DNA of 64,000 nt from Cystobasidiomycetes sp. EMM_F5. Lineage: Eukaryota. Where the stretch lies: contig JBPGPT010000010.1 in the NCBI GenBank assembly GCA_051047955.1, positions 62,001 through 126,000 on the forward strand, given 5' to 3'. Below, one piece after another: positions 1-12,364 of this stretch (position 1 is the first letter of the stretch; every line of letters begins with the position of its first letter). The translations under genes and the position numbers were made by a program. The notes under the pieces are model-generated. The model was given only the letters and a program-made list of their open reading frames with translations. It ran no database searches and was not told the DNA's origin.

Positions 1-896
1 GCGATACATAACGCAATTACTGAGTATCCAGGTGTGCTGGGAATCTCTCGGCTATTATCAATCACTGATCATCATTTCAACAGTCTTCATCGGGCTTGGT
101 GCCCTCATCTCAATCGCTTAGCGCTCACGGCTACGTTCAACTGCTGCCTACTATATGGGCGTTGTTGTCAAGTGCCGGGGAGAGGCACTTGACGGGGGAA
201 CAGGTGCAATCAGCTATCTGGCCGTCTCTGTTGGAGCACTACTTGAGCTTGTCTGCCGCATCTGGAACTAAGAAGGTGGCCGTACAAGCGATATCTCAAT
301 TTGTTCAGGTTGGTGGACATCATACTCTCACAGCATCGAGGCATAGCAACTGAAGCAGCAGCTTATCGTTACATTGCAGTTGCAAAATCGTCCAGACTAC
401 ATTGGGTCGTTTGCGTTGAAAAAGCAGATCCAGACTGCAGAGGCTTCAGCAGCTTTTGACCAGTGGTGCTTGTCTCTTCCAAGGTATCTATGGGAGCTCG
501 GGAACAAAGATTCAGCGACATCCGCCGTAAGTGCTGCTCCTACAGCGGTAGCCTGTGTAGGCAAAGCTGACTATCTGTGTTCGGCCGTAGATCATCATTG
601 CGCAAATGAAACATCTGACGCTAGCTGGTCTCCTGTCCGAGGATATCTCTGATCAATTCTGCAGTTTCCTGGCCGCTTTCTTCTTTTCCAACCATCCGCA
701 GCGCGGCGAAATTGCTGGGCCCTGGACAAAGCTTGCACACTTAGATCTACAAAAGGGTGCTCTCGAGCTAGCTTGGTGGATGCAATCTCTTAATGTTCCG
801 CCGGAGACGCTTCGTCTTGCTGTCGACCAAGCTGTCGCGCATCTTGACGATATCAACCTGAGATTGCATTGGCAGCGGCTGAATGCAATCATTTAA
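1..896 (+). CDS. 3' part of a multi-exon gene, probably pre-rRNA-processing protein Ipi1/TEX10-like (5'-truncated by window edge)
   Basis: Exons in ORFs 96-353, 374-652 and 606-896 joined by GT-AG introns. Motifs WCLSLPRYLWELG and FFFSNHPQRGEIAGPWTKL resemble my recollection of basidiomycete Ipi1 C-termini; unverified. Confidence 0.45.
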
Positions 897-1108
897 TCGT
901 TTAAGAGTTTATGTAACGGTCTTCCAGAGTGGCAGTGCAGCGCAGTATCCGTGTGTCGTTGTATATACTACGCATCATGCAGATTTATAACAACTGCCAA
1001 CCGGCTTCTCCGCTCTGAGTGGCTTTCGTTTCCTCAAAAGCCTGGACAAACAGAACATGTGGAAACTCCTGAACTACTGTGCACTGCGGCAGACGCAGTA
1101 TATCAGAT

Positions 1109-2719
1109 ATGCCGTCTACTCATGGAGATGTCACGCTGCTGCTTCGCCCACCAGCAGGGAACCGTCGTCAAGTTTCGGCACGGACCTTTACATGCAGCCG
1201 GTAAGACAGCGAGACGAGCAGCAGATACAACCCTTTCAACATTTGCTGTTAGGTGCGGATGGAAGACACAGGACAGTGGTCGCTATAGAAAGCATGTCGA
1301 GCATTATTACTGCCAGATTGGAATCTGTTGCCGATACTGTCAAACTACTGTCAAGAACGAGGCGGCGCTTAACTCAGTATGTGAGACTGCAAACCGCTTT
1401 TCGTATCCTAATGGGCAGTCTGCAGCATATCCGGGATTCACCTGAGCATACTGGACACCCAGGCAATGTTTACAAACCTCGCTCACTGGCGAAGTCTGGT
1501 AGGGTGCCAATGAGATACAGTGACCAAATGCTGAATAGGGGCCGTTATCTGCAGAAACCAATAACGCTGAATCGTGTGCCAATCATCCCAGCAACGCAGA
1601 AGACAAGTCTGCCTGCAAAACCATGGTTCCACAGTGTTCATCGAGCAGCACTAGTGCAAGAGAATCGGAGCAGTCACATAAGACTAGCTCACCTAAGCCA
1701 TCTGAGGCTGTGCCATCATTGAAGATAGCTAGCGGAAGACGAAAGTCGAAAAAGGTGGAGAACACGGTTCAGATAGATGCGATCAGCGGGTCCCTTTACG
1801 AAACGGATGATACTGGCTGCGTAACGTGCAAGCCGTGTAAGAAGACCTTCACATCGTTTCAAGGCTTTCGTCACCATTATTTGCAAGCACCGATCCACAC
1901 CATGCAATCGGAGATTCGCGAAGCCGTGCCTGACATATCACCTGCTTTGACGGTGCCAGCAGTGACTCCACCTCCGCCCTCAGCCCCAAAGATCAGTAGT
2001 GCGACGTCAACAGCAAACTCGATTGTCCGGTGTCACAAGTGCAATTTCATTTTCCCGCATGAGCAGAGTCTACACGGGCACAGGTCTGGCAATCCGAAGT
2101 ATCATCCATTCTACTGTAGAGTTTGCCGTCAAGATTATCCGAATGCCGACGACTACTCTGCTGTAAGGTAGTCTTCATATGTAAGGCTGTACGCCTGACG
2201 TTTACATTCTTATCCAGCACCAAGCATTGTCGCAGTCGTGCTCTGCTACTATGCCTGCGTCGGGCACCAGGCCAATCGCCGCGCTAAAATCCCCTGTCGC
2301 AGATTCTCCTGCATGTCCGGAGTGGCAAGCACAAACTTCGACGGTTACAATTCCCGCGGTACCAATTGCGTCGCAAAGTGGTCAATTTAGAAACATAAGT
2401 TCTGGAAAGCGGCCGAAGTCATCTTTGGCACCCGGAGTACCAGTCTGCCGGATTTGCGAGTTGCCGCTCATGGATGGAAGTGCTTCTGCGACATTTTGCG
2501 GGTATGTGCATTCAGTTTCATCTTTTCGTCGTACGGAATCAGTGCTGACAGAGCCGGCAGTCACGTATTCTGCACGCCATGTATTGTTGCTCACCTAAAA
2601 GTCAACGAACAATGTCCAAGATGCTGTTCATTCATAAATAATGCTATGATATGTATGTCAGCCCATTCGTGTTCAATTCCATTGCACTGACACTTCCTTC
2701 AGTTCCGATCTACGTATAG
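1109..2719 (+). CDS. Multi zinc-finger (C2H2/C2HC) protein with C-terminal C3HC4 RING finger (putative E3 ligase)
   Basis: Spliced: MPSTHG..TCSR|CGWKTQDSGRYRKHVEHYYC, CRYCQTTVKNEAALNS|HIRDSPEH, CKPCKKTFTSFQGFRHHYLQAPIH, CHKCNFIF..HGH, CRVCRQDY; RING CRICELPL..TFCG|HVFCTPC..CPRC. Last exon ends at TAG 2717-2719. Confidence 0.8.
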
Positions 2720-2804
2720 CTGTGATCGAAGAGCGTGATGCAGAATGCACTTTTGGGACTTTGCTATTTTGCAATCCTTTCCATAAAATCTAATTCCAAC
2801 AAGC

Positions 2805-4806
2805 TCATGTTCTTTTAGCCGCAGAAGCACGCGCGGTTTCGTCATCTGTCTCCATTTCAGACATGTGCCCCCTCAGTTCCCTTTGCACTGCCTGTGGCAT
2901 ATTTGGCAGGATATGTGCGCCTTTATCTGACTCTCGTTTCGCATGTCTTCTTTGCGCTGTAATTGCCTTTTCGTCGACTCCGGCTGCTTTCGCTCGCGCA
3001 AGCTGCATCTTCCGTAGTGGACCTGGCAGGACGAACTCGAACAATACAAAAGGTACGAAAATGGCGAACAGGCCGTAGAAGTTGACGTTTTTCCAAGCCT
3101 GCATTGTAGGTCCTATTTCGAGCAGCAGGAATGGGGCGACGATGAAGTTGAGCGTTAGCTGGACCGCGAAGAACGACGCGATATCGTACGCCCTCTTGAT
3201 GATGGTCGACTCGACGTCCTTTTGCGCGTTAGGCGAAAGCGCCATGAAGTCTGCTGGCAAGAAGAGTGGCCGCAGATTCGTGCGGATCTTGCGACCCAGT
3301 GCCTGCAGAAAGCCTCCCAGTACAAATGCTGAACGAGCCTGAGTCAGACATTTGACACCGTGTTGGCAGCCCAAACGAAGCTTACTCAAGAAGTATGTTG
3401 GGTTGAAGCCGTGCCAAAATGCACTCGTCAAGAATGTAGCCATCGTGCTTTTGAAGCCTGGTTTACGACCCGTTCTCGCAAGGCGTTTGTATACACATTC
3501 GCGTAGCCAGTAATTAGTCCCGCAATTCCACGCATCCAGCAGGACTTTGTAATTTTGAGCAGTTCTGTTTGAATGCGATAAGCTGACCGCACTATGCGAA
3601 CAGAACGTAATACGTACTCTATTGTGAAGATCCTGACGTTACGGCCCCCGTCCCACTTACCAGACTCCGGGTTGTAAGCAAGACCTGAGATAATCATAGC
3701 GCATTCTGCAAAGTTCCACACGGCATAGTACTTTGTGCGTGCAATGAGACCTGCGACTTGCATGAAGAGGATACTGCAGACTCTTGAGCCCAGAATAGTA
3801 ACGTCATGTAGACTTGACCTACTTTTGTAAAGCTCCATATGACTTTCGCTGAGCAAGCTGCGTATAATCGTATTTTCCGCCAAAGACTGCATAGACGCCG
3901 AGAAACACGGCTGCGATAGCCAGTCGCTGCATAGCTTGACTGATCCGCCCTGGGGGCATGCGTATCACCCGCTCTTTGCCCTTGCTGCTGAGATACAGGG
4001 AGCGGTTGACGTATGCGGCATAAGACTGGAATGTAAAGGTGGGTCCTGAGTGGATTTCAGGCGTGAGTCGTAATTCAACATGGCGAAAACCGTGTCCATA
4101 CCGGTCATGACCGACGCAAAAAAGAAGCTGTCGTGACGTTTGAGTGTGAATATGTTGGAATCTAACAAATCCAGGCAAAGAGAACCTACCAGTACCCGAG
4201 GAAAGGTAACAGACCAGGCATCTGGGTGAGCCGGTCGCGCTTCTGGACTGTATCTAGCTGTTCGGCAGGCCTGGCGCCGTCGTAGCATGACCAAGAGAAT
4301 AAGGACAGCTTCATGACGAGAACCATTTGCGATCCGGTGATTTCGATGATGTCCAACGGCGTCGTATCTATCCATCTTGTAAAGTGGTTGAGTGTGAGAA
4401 TGCCCATATTTCCTGCGAAAATAGCCCAGTACCAGGCTTTTGACTTGCGGGTCGCAAAGCAATAGCTGCTGGCATAATAAGTACCAATGCTTTGGCCAAG
4501 AAGCTGATAGAAGCCAGATGGAAGGTGTAGAATTTGTGTGTGGTATATCCACGCCAGGACAATAGAATATATATGCGTCAATGAACTGGACGGCGGGAGT
4601 TTGGAAATTGGGAGGGCTAAAGGAATTGAGAAGACGAGGATAGCAATAACCTGCGGTTGTGCGATCGCAAGTAAATCATAATGCTCTTCAATTGTCGCAT
4701 AAGTAATGCCCCGTACCTTTAGTTGATCCGGCGGCGTGCCAATGAGTCCACTGAGCGACTCAAATGCAGCGTCGACATAGCCGTGCAACATATCAATCAG
4801 TCCCAT
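2805..4806 (-). CDS. ALE1: MBOAT lysophospholipid acyltransferase (Ale1/Slc4)
   Basis: ITGSQMVLVMKLSLFSWSCYDG, RTKYYAVW, and catalytic TFLTSAFWHGFNPTY; multi-exon. Confidence 0.92.
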
Positions 4807-4957
4807 GGAAGTGGCTTGTCAGGTCAGAGTAAACCAGCAAACCGAAAGCCAGCTCGCCGCGACTTTCCGACGTCACGTTCTCATTTTGGGATCAGCGCGT
4901 TGAGCAGGCTGTTTTGCAACCAACCCATGCATTCATGACTGCGTTCGATGCAATCCA

Positions 4958-6543
4958 ATGTTTCTTCCGCTGGAAATGCTGTGGTGCGCCTTGACCTAGC
5001 AGAAGTGCCCGTTCGTCTGGCCAATCTTCGCGTCTTTCGCGTTATTTAGCCAATTGGTACTGTCCTACGAAACATACAAAGCCCTAAAAGCCGCTCCGCC
5101 TGCACGCAAGCGTAGAAAAGCTATCGAAGAGGCCCTTGGCACGACGGCATCTTCGCAGCATGCCGAGCAAGCACGAAAACGCCGTTTGAAGGTTATGATC
5201 AAGGCGTGGATCGTATATGTATGTCGCTGGCCGCGCATTGGAAAGAGCTTGACTTATATGCTTCTATAAAGATCATATGTCTGCGTCTAGAGTTCCTCGT
5301 TGACTACATCTGCGGATGGTGGCTCCCGCTGTACGGCACTTTGAGGTTCCTAACAGTCCTGGTTTTTCTTTTTCTGCACAAACAGGTACGCTCCCTTGCA
5401 CTCTTCTCGTGGAGGTTAGATGACTCATGCGCACCCAAGACATCAGAGGCAGCCTTTGCAGCCTTCATCGTACCTTGCCTCAAGCCATATGAACGCGTTT
5501 TGGATACCGTCTTATACGTCTCCAGTGAAGTCCTAGACATCAGCACATATATCATCGGCTCGCTTCTTTGGCTCCTTTGGAGTCCTTTCCAACAGATATA
5601 CCGCAAAATCCTGCAATTGCAACAACGCGTGCGACTGTTATTGACAAACAAGACAGCCATATCTACAGATTCTGTATCCAATGATGCGAGCGATGGTGCT
5701 ATAGTCACCAAAGAAGCAAAAGAATGCCTACCTCGAAAGACGCCCCGGCCTCGAAAGGTCGCAAAGCCACGCTTCTCGCAAATAGCTAGACCTCATATGC
5801 CGGGCCATCTTGTAGCAGAAGGTGTCTCTTTTCCACCAATACAGACACGTCTCCAGCCTGCCGAGCGCTCTTACGATCAGCTACCAGACTTTCGAGACGC
5901 CATGGACCGTGCACAGGCAGCTTTCTACGAAGCCGAGAGTCCTGTTAGGCGCAAACGTAGTCCTCATGCGGACATTCAGTCAGTCAATTCGACGGATGCA
6001 GTACTTGTTCTGCGAGAAGGCGAGGAGGATGCATCGACTCTGACTCTTCCGCGGCCGAGCAGGAAACGGCCGACAACCGAGAGGCCACCGGAAGGTATGA
6101 CCAGTTCGCCAAAGCGTCGACGCACTGTACCCAACAACACATCGGTCGAGAAGGGACAGCATTCGAAGGCATCGAAAGCGTTGATGAAGTTGCCGACCAC
6201 AAGCGCAGTCGGGAAACGGAAAGCGACAGTCATTGCGAAGGAAGCCGAGTATATTTCGCCTGCAACGCGCGTCACACGTACGAGAGTAGAGATCCCTTCT
6301 CGCGCGGAAGATATTCCGATAGCTGCCTGTGCACCGGCTACTACCACATCACGTTCGAATGGCACACGACCACCTGTTCCTGTCGCACTTAGCGGTACCG
6401 CCAAAGCCCACGGAGCAGTTGCCGTAACGCGGGAAACACAAGCTGCACGTCATGCCGCTTTGGCTGCTCGAAAGCAGCAAGTAAAACAGTCAGCGGCCGC
6501 AGATACGGCGAGCGCTGTTACAAAGCGAAAGAAACGGAGCTAG
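4958..6543 (+). CDS. TB2/DP1/HVA22 (REEP-like) membrane protein with long basic disordered tail
   Basis: YETYKALK, KAWIVY, EFLVDYICGWWLPLYGTLRF, FIVPCLKPYERVLD resemble the HVA22 domain; C-terminus ends in KRKKRS. Confidence 0.65.
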
Positions 6544-6598
6544 ATTGCTACAACAACCATGTATATGTCCACCTCATACAAAGTACTGTAGCCAGAGC

Positions 6599-7178
6599 CT
6601 AGTCTTCAGGGATGGAGGGGTTATAATCATCGTCAAAAATGTCCACTTCAGCGTCGGGAACTGCAATGACTGGTTCTGGGAAATTTCCTGAATATAGCCG
6701 TACTTTGGCAGTCAGAGAAGCATTGCAACGGGTAATATGCATGACATACCATCTTTCTCGAAGGAAACGCCAACAGTGTGACCTTGATCCAGTCCAGCTT
6801 TGTCGACTGTTGTCCGGTCTTCTAAGCCTTTCCACGCTTCATGTCCTTCTTCGGCACTGATGAGCTTCCACAACTTTATGTTATCGCTTGAGAGTGCTTC
6901 GCTCGTGTCATCTTCAGGACCTCTTGGATCATCGCCAGCGGAGACTGCTTCGAGGAACGCATCTTTGAGCTCGGCAACGGTCGTTATCGAATCCACCGGT
7001 ACCAAGACGGCCGCTTAGAATAATGGCGGATTAGTCCAATGTCTTGTCTGATTGCGATGCAGCTCACTCCGATAGCATTTCAGCTTGACCGAGATTGTGG
7101 TAATGAAGCCCTGAAGGCAACGATTTGAGCAGTCAGTCAAGCGTGCTTTATTAGCCATGACAGACTTACGGAAGGCAT
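6599..7178 (-). CDS. Small ubiquitin-fold protein, Elongin-B-like
   Basis: 4 exons: MPS|GFITTISVKLKCYR|TAVLVPVDSITTVAELKDAF..IKLWK..LEDRTTVDKAGLDQGHTVGVSFEKD|GNFPEPVIAVPD..; ubiquitin-like strand/helix pattern. Confidence 0.6.
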
Positions 7179-7348
7179 ATCGAGGGTCTCAGAAAGCTCC
7201 GACTCGCTGTCACCGCATTTGTTCGTGTGGATGCAAGGTCGTTCAGTCTCGTTGACCGACAGATCGCGGGTTTGTGCTTTCGTCAACTACTCTGACCGCC
7301 TGACGCTGAGGAGCTCTAGGGAGAGGCTTTCCTTACAAGTCTGCTACA

Positions 7349-8320
7349 ATGGCTACACACAGAGATGCAAAGTACGCGATAGTCTATAGCGCCGAGCTGC
7401 AAAGCTAGCTCAGAAACCGAAACTGGTCAAATCGGAGCCGCCAGCAAACGAATACATCACCTCGCTAGGAATAGTATACTGATGTTCGGACACTTCTGGT
7501 GTGTACTCTGCCCCTGCCAGGTTCCCGGATATCGACTATGTCGACCCGGCGCCAATGCCAAAGGGCACTCCGCACGTCGAGGAGCTCGGAGTGACCTCAG
7601 CCCCGCTCAAGAGCGCTGCCTTCTTCATTGGAGCGCACTGCAAGGATTTCAACGGTGAGTCACACCTCTGCGACAATCATCCTTGGCCTGTCTGATGCAC
7701 CGAGCTCCGATCATTGAACTACAACATAGAGGACTTCATGCTCTGCAAGGCGGAGAATGCGGACCCAGAGCATTGTTTGAAGGAAGGGAGGAGGGTTACG
7801 CGCTGTGCGCAGGAATTGTATGTACACATCCGGATCCTTGCTACCCAAGTCACTGAGCACCCTTGCGTCGCTTGATGGGTCTGGTAATTATATTCTACAG
7901 AGTCAGCAAGTTGAGGACAAGCTGCCTAGCAGAATTTGATGCGCATTGGAACTGCCTTGAAAAGAATAACCAGGTGAGCTTGGAGATCCCTGCATTCAGG
8001 CCAAGACCTGTTGAGCGGAAAAGCTAACGACGTTCTTACGCCAGGAATACTATTTATGTCGGAAACCTGAACGGACGCTCAATAGCTGTGTATTTGAAAA
8101 GCTGGTATGTCGCAACAATAATCTACTTGCCTGCTGCTAGCTGACTTGTCGTCACAGGGCTTGAAGAAGGAAATACCCGGGACACCCGAAGGGCAGTTAC
8201 CTATTCACGAAAAGAAGGTGGGTCGCGCTCGAAAATATATTGCAACTGACCGGTACACTGCATCTAACATTTTGCGTTTGATTCTCTCAGCGGCCGATCT
8301 ACAAGGCGATCCAGAAGTGA
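7349..8320 (+). CDS. NDUFA8: NADH:ubiquinone oxidoreductase 19/20.8 kDa subunit (quadruple CX9C)
   Basis: VEELGVTSAPLKSAAFFIGAHCKDFN|EDFMLCKAE..PEHCLKEGRRVTRCA..HWNCLEKNNQ|EYYLCRKPERTLNSCVFEKL; 7 exons. Confidence 0.95.
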
Positions 8321-8946
8321 CCGCCATGCCGGACACCGTTTTACACGACGTTGCGATCTATATACGTGTTGTGAGACAATGCCGCGCCGATCGGCGTGAA
8401 ATACATCGAGCATCCTGCTCAACGTGATGGTGGCTGCGGGTTGGCTCTCTTCGTCCCTCTCAAATCCTATGCCTTTCATCAACTCGAAGCGGCACTTTGG
8501 CCACTTGAATATTGGTCCACTCGTGTGGCGCACAATGTTCACATATCACGTCGCATCGCTGTCCTATGCATGCTGTCATTGCTTTCAATTGCTCTGCCAT
8601 CCTAATCTGGCGTCTCGAACGGACGAACACCACTATTGCTCCCGTTGCCAAGTACCACCCGGATTCCATTATGTGGAGTCACGGACAGTGAGCATGCCTT
8701 GTGTACCTTCTTTTAAGCTGATACTACTTGCAGACGCGGGAGACCAGCTCCACCTGCATGACCAGGCCATTTTTGCTACCACGTTGCCATCTGCCGAATA
8801 TCTGGCTCCAGAAGCTATATGAGACTGATGGCATAGTTTGCAGATATATACGCGCGCGGCATCTTTCGCAGCTTCCAGCAGGCCATCGCTGGTCGCTTGA
8901 ACGTCGCTTGGTTGCCGCATCCGTTGCCAGTCCTGGAGGTCTCATT

Positions 8947-8962
8947 ACGGTCACGTGACCGT
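8947..8962. promoter_or_regulatory. Perfect 16-bp palindrome ACGGTCACGTGACCGT containing the GTCACGTGAC E-box (Cbf1/USF/CLEAR-type bHLH site)
   Basis: Seen directly, about 320 bp upstream of the amidase start; function inferred. Confidence 0.4.
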
Positions 8963-9284
8963 TTCTCGCCCCGTGGGAATGCGTTCTGCCAACGGACAGA
9001 TGCGGGCTGACATTGACTGGAGAAGCTTCTCTGCATTACTTCTAGTATGGCGGACTTGGTGTCATCTCCTCGATGATCCAAACGCGTCATCGGAACGCGC
9101 CGAACTATCACAGATAAGGCTTAGCCTGGACTTTGTTGACCAGCGATAAGAAACTGGCTGAAAGTGGCAAACCGCTATCAAATGCGCAAGCTGCCCATGC
9201 CTTGCTTCCAAACAACAGCATTAACAACCCAGGCGACTCAATATACACGCAGAGTCGACTTTAAACACGCGTCATACCCATTTC

Positions 9285-12059
9285 ATGCGCTCGGAGAGCG
9301 CACACCGTCGCGACTACCGCACTTTCAGCAACGAGCAGCCTCCAGTACTCGAGAATGGCCAACTCGACCTCGACCTGGGAGGACTGCTCGATGGACCAGC
9401 AGTAACACCAGATAAACAACAACAGCATGCACTAGGGCTAGACTCGCGCGAAGGCGTTACAGCCGGTCTTCCTTTGTTTTCAGTTCGCTTCTCTTTGACT
9501 GGGCGTACCGCAAGAACACGCGTTCAACTGCTTCTGACCTTCCTTGCGGGGTAAGCGAGCCCGCTTCACTTACTGCTTTATCGCACGAGAATGCCGCCAT
9601 GCGCGCTTTTCCTTCCCTGCCATTTACGCAGTACCGGACATGCCGACCTACATTCGCAATGTGCTGACTGCTCTCTTTTCGGCGCCTGTCGCTGCTAGCA
9701 TCCTAGCGACACTGTTGGCCACCTCGCTTGAATGGCCTGCTCTGGAAGCGTTCGGCCTGGCCGATAGCTTCGACTTACCCGCGAGCGCTTCGTCACTTAA
9801 TCAAATGGGCCGGACTGTCGAGCTGGCGGGCATACACTACTATATCGTCAGTCTAGACTGATATTGCACGTAATGTCGTTCAGAAGCTGATCACGTGGTG
9901 CACGCGTGCCTGGTTCCAAACAGCCTGGCAAGCCGAAGGTCCGAGCGAGTTACATTCGCTTAAAGGCCGTCGTGTTGACTGTCTATTACGATTGATGCAG
10001 ACTCAGTTGAAAGTGCAACGCCCACCGTTGGCCTGGATCAAAGCCGACTTGTTCCCGCTGACTGTGCTGGCTTCTTCAGAACGGGCCCTGAATGAGCATC
10101 AGTCAGTCGTGTCAAAAGCGGCCTGCGAGCTTCGCGCTTATCACTTGTATCGCAGTGTCGAGCATGCTTTTGACAGCTATAGTCGCCAGGACGACGTCTG
10201 GACGCACGCATTCACCGAAAGTGGGCTAAAGCGCGTCGGTTCTGCCCACATCCTCTGATTTTTGGCTTGCAGACGTCCTACTACATTATACCGGAAATAC
10301 TTCAGCCACGTTCACTGACAAACATCGTGCATATAGCAATATCTCCTTTGCTGTATCCGGCTATTCGGTGCGGTACGGAAAGAAAGCTGTGAAGGCCGCT
10401 CTCATCGATCAGACCCTACCTTCTGGGCCATACTTCGCATCCGTATCCGACAGTGGCCTAATATCCGTCTATGAAGCCTGGAGATTATATGAAGATGTAG
10501 CGCGAGCTTGTCAGTCTTTTTGCAAACCGAAACGGCAACGTCCTAATGTTTATTAATTCTGTCAGTCTTCTACGGCACCGTGCCTGATACTGGAGACTCC
10601 GCAAGCTTCCGCGTTCTTCCAGCATCTATACCTCATACGAATGGCGCCGCTGCTATCGGGGTACCCTCGCGCTTGTACTACACGAAGACCGACGCCCAGC
10701 CGCTTGCTGGAGTAAGAATCGCTATCAAAGACTCTATAAGCGTCAAAGGTTTGAAGACCAGCATGGCCAGCCGAGCGTGGCTTTCCCTATACCCTGCCGC
10801 GACTTCGACCGCTCCCTCCATTCAACGTCTTGTAGATATGGGCGGCATAATCGTAGGCAAGACACGCCTAAGTCAATTCGCAACTGGCGCGTACGGTACC
10901 GCCGATGGTGTGGATTACGGCGTTCCACACAACCTGCGAGGCGATGGCTACCAGGAACCGAGCAGTTCCTCCTCAGGAGCTGGTGCCGCAGCCGGAGCCT
11001 ATGCTTGGCTCGACATGTCGATCGGTACAGATACGGGAGGATCTGTACGAGCACCTGCCGCTCACAACGGAGCTTTTGGATTTCGACCTAGTCAAGGCAC
11101 TCTCGGTATGGCTGGCATTCTCCCAAGCAGTCCTAGCATGGATACTATTGGCTTGTTGGGTAACGATGCTAAAGCTTTCGCAAACTACGGTCGGCATCTG
11201 TACGGAGGCAATGAGACACTTGGAAAGCCTGCAGCGCTTCCGCGTCAATTATTATACTTGGTTGATCCTCATCCAGAAGTCGGCACGCCATCTCCTGGCT
11301 TCTTTCCTACGCTCAATTCACTGGCTGCTCCAGTATTTGAAGCTTTCGTCGCGGACCTCGAAGGCTTGCTTCAAACGCAACGCATAGAAATCGACTTTTA
11401 TGAGCGCTTCCGACAATCTTTTGGCGTCTTGCCCCCGGAATACATCGGCAAAGCCTGGTCGTTGATAACCGCTTACGACCAGTGGCACGGTGTTGGCAAA
11501 CAATTCATAAGTGACTACCGTACTGCGAATGGTGGACATCATCCGGTTGTGGATCCTCCAGTTCTCCAACACTGGTTGCATGGTCAACGCGAAGTGACGG
11601 AGAAGCAACGTCATTTCTGGGGCAGACGGAAGGAACGTTTTCAGCGTTTCATTGCAAGCGAGCTTATGGACCGTAACTCTACCGTTACATGCTCCAACGC
11701 TATCACTGTATTTCCTACGAATGTTGGCATTCCCGCTTACAAGTCAGACTATCACGTTGAAGGTCCACTCTTTGAGGGGTGGAATCGATTTTCTATCGCA
11801 CAGCTTGGCCAAGTACCGGAAGTTGTTATACCCATTGGCCAGATACCCTATTTGTGAGTCACGACAGATCGTGACACTATCAGCAGCTAACGCGTCTTGC
11901 AGCTCCAAACTCACGCATACGACAAAGTACCTTCCCGTCAGTATATCTATCCAGGCTGCTGTCGGATGCGACTTTGTCCTATTCTCGCTGGTCGAGCAGC
12001 TCGCAGACGCAGGCATCATTCGCAACCCCACACCCGGACATGAGCTCACATTCGCTTGA
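9285..12059 (+). CDS. Amidase-signature family enzyme with N-terminal membrane anchor
   Basis: Catalytic IAIKDS, GKTRLSQFA, PSSSSSG and IGTDTGGSVRAPA. First exon 9285-9550 splices over intron 9551-9698 to give TM segment VQLLLTFLAG|ILATLLATSL. Confidence 0.85.
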
Positions 12060-12364
12060 ATTTGGCACAATCCGTAAACATTCGCAGATATACCCTCACT
12101 CAACATAGACTGGACTGAAAGTGGCATAGAATTTGGCAGGGAGAAGGTGTAGCATAGCCGGTAACGACTTTTACGACGCAAAGGGACGTACTAGATTGTA
12201 TTCTAATCTTGTTGTGAACAATAGGCTAGAGTCAAAGCTGAGGAAAGCGTCTCTTTATACATTTCATCGTGTTCGTTGCCACCAGAACCTATTTCGGGAG
12301 CCCCGAGACCCAGACTCCAGACTCTCTGCCTCTGACTGCATACGAGTCCGGGCATGAAAGTACA

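Noticed and set aside
7372..7520. Long first intron of NDUFA8 as a snoRNA host
   Set aside because: No convincing C/D or H/ACA box pair identified.
10950..10985. Amidase GGSS motif replaced by PSSSSSG, suggesting inactivation
   Set aside because: Lys, cis-Ser and nucleophile Ser are all present; this variant is usual for this fungal subfamily.
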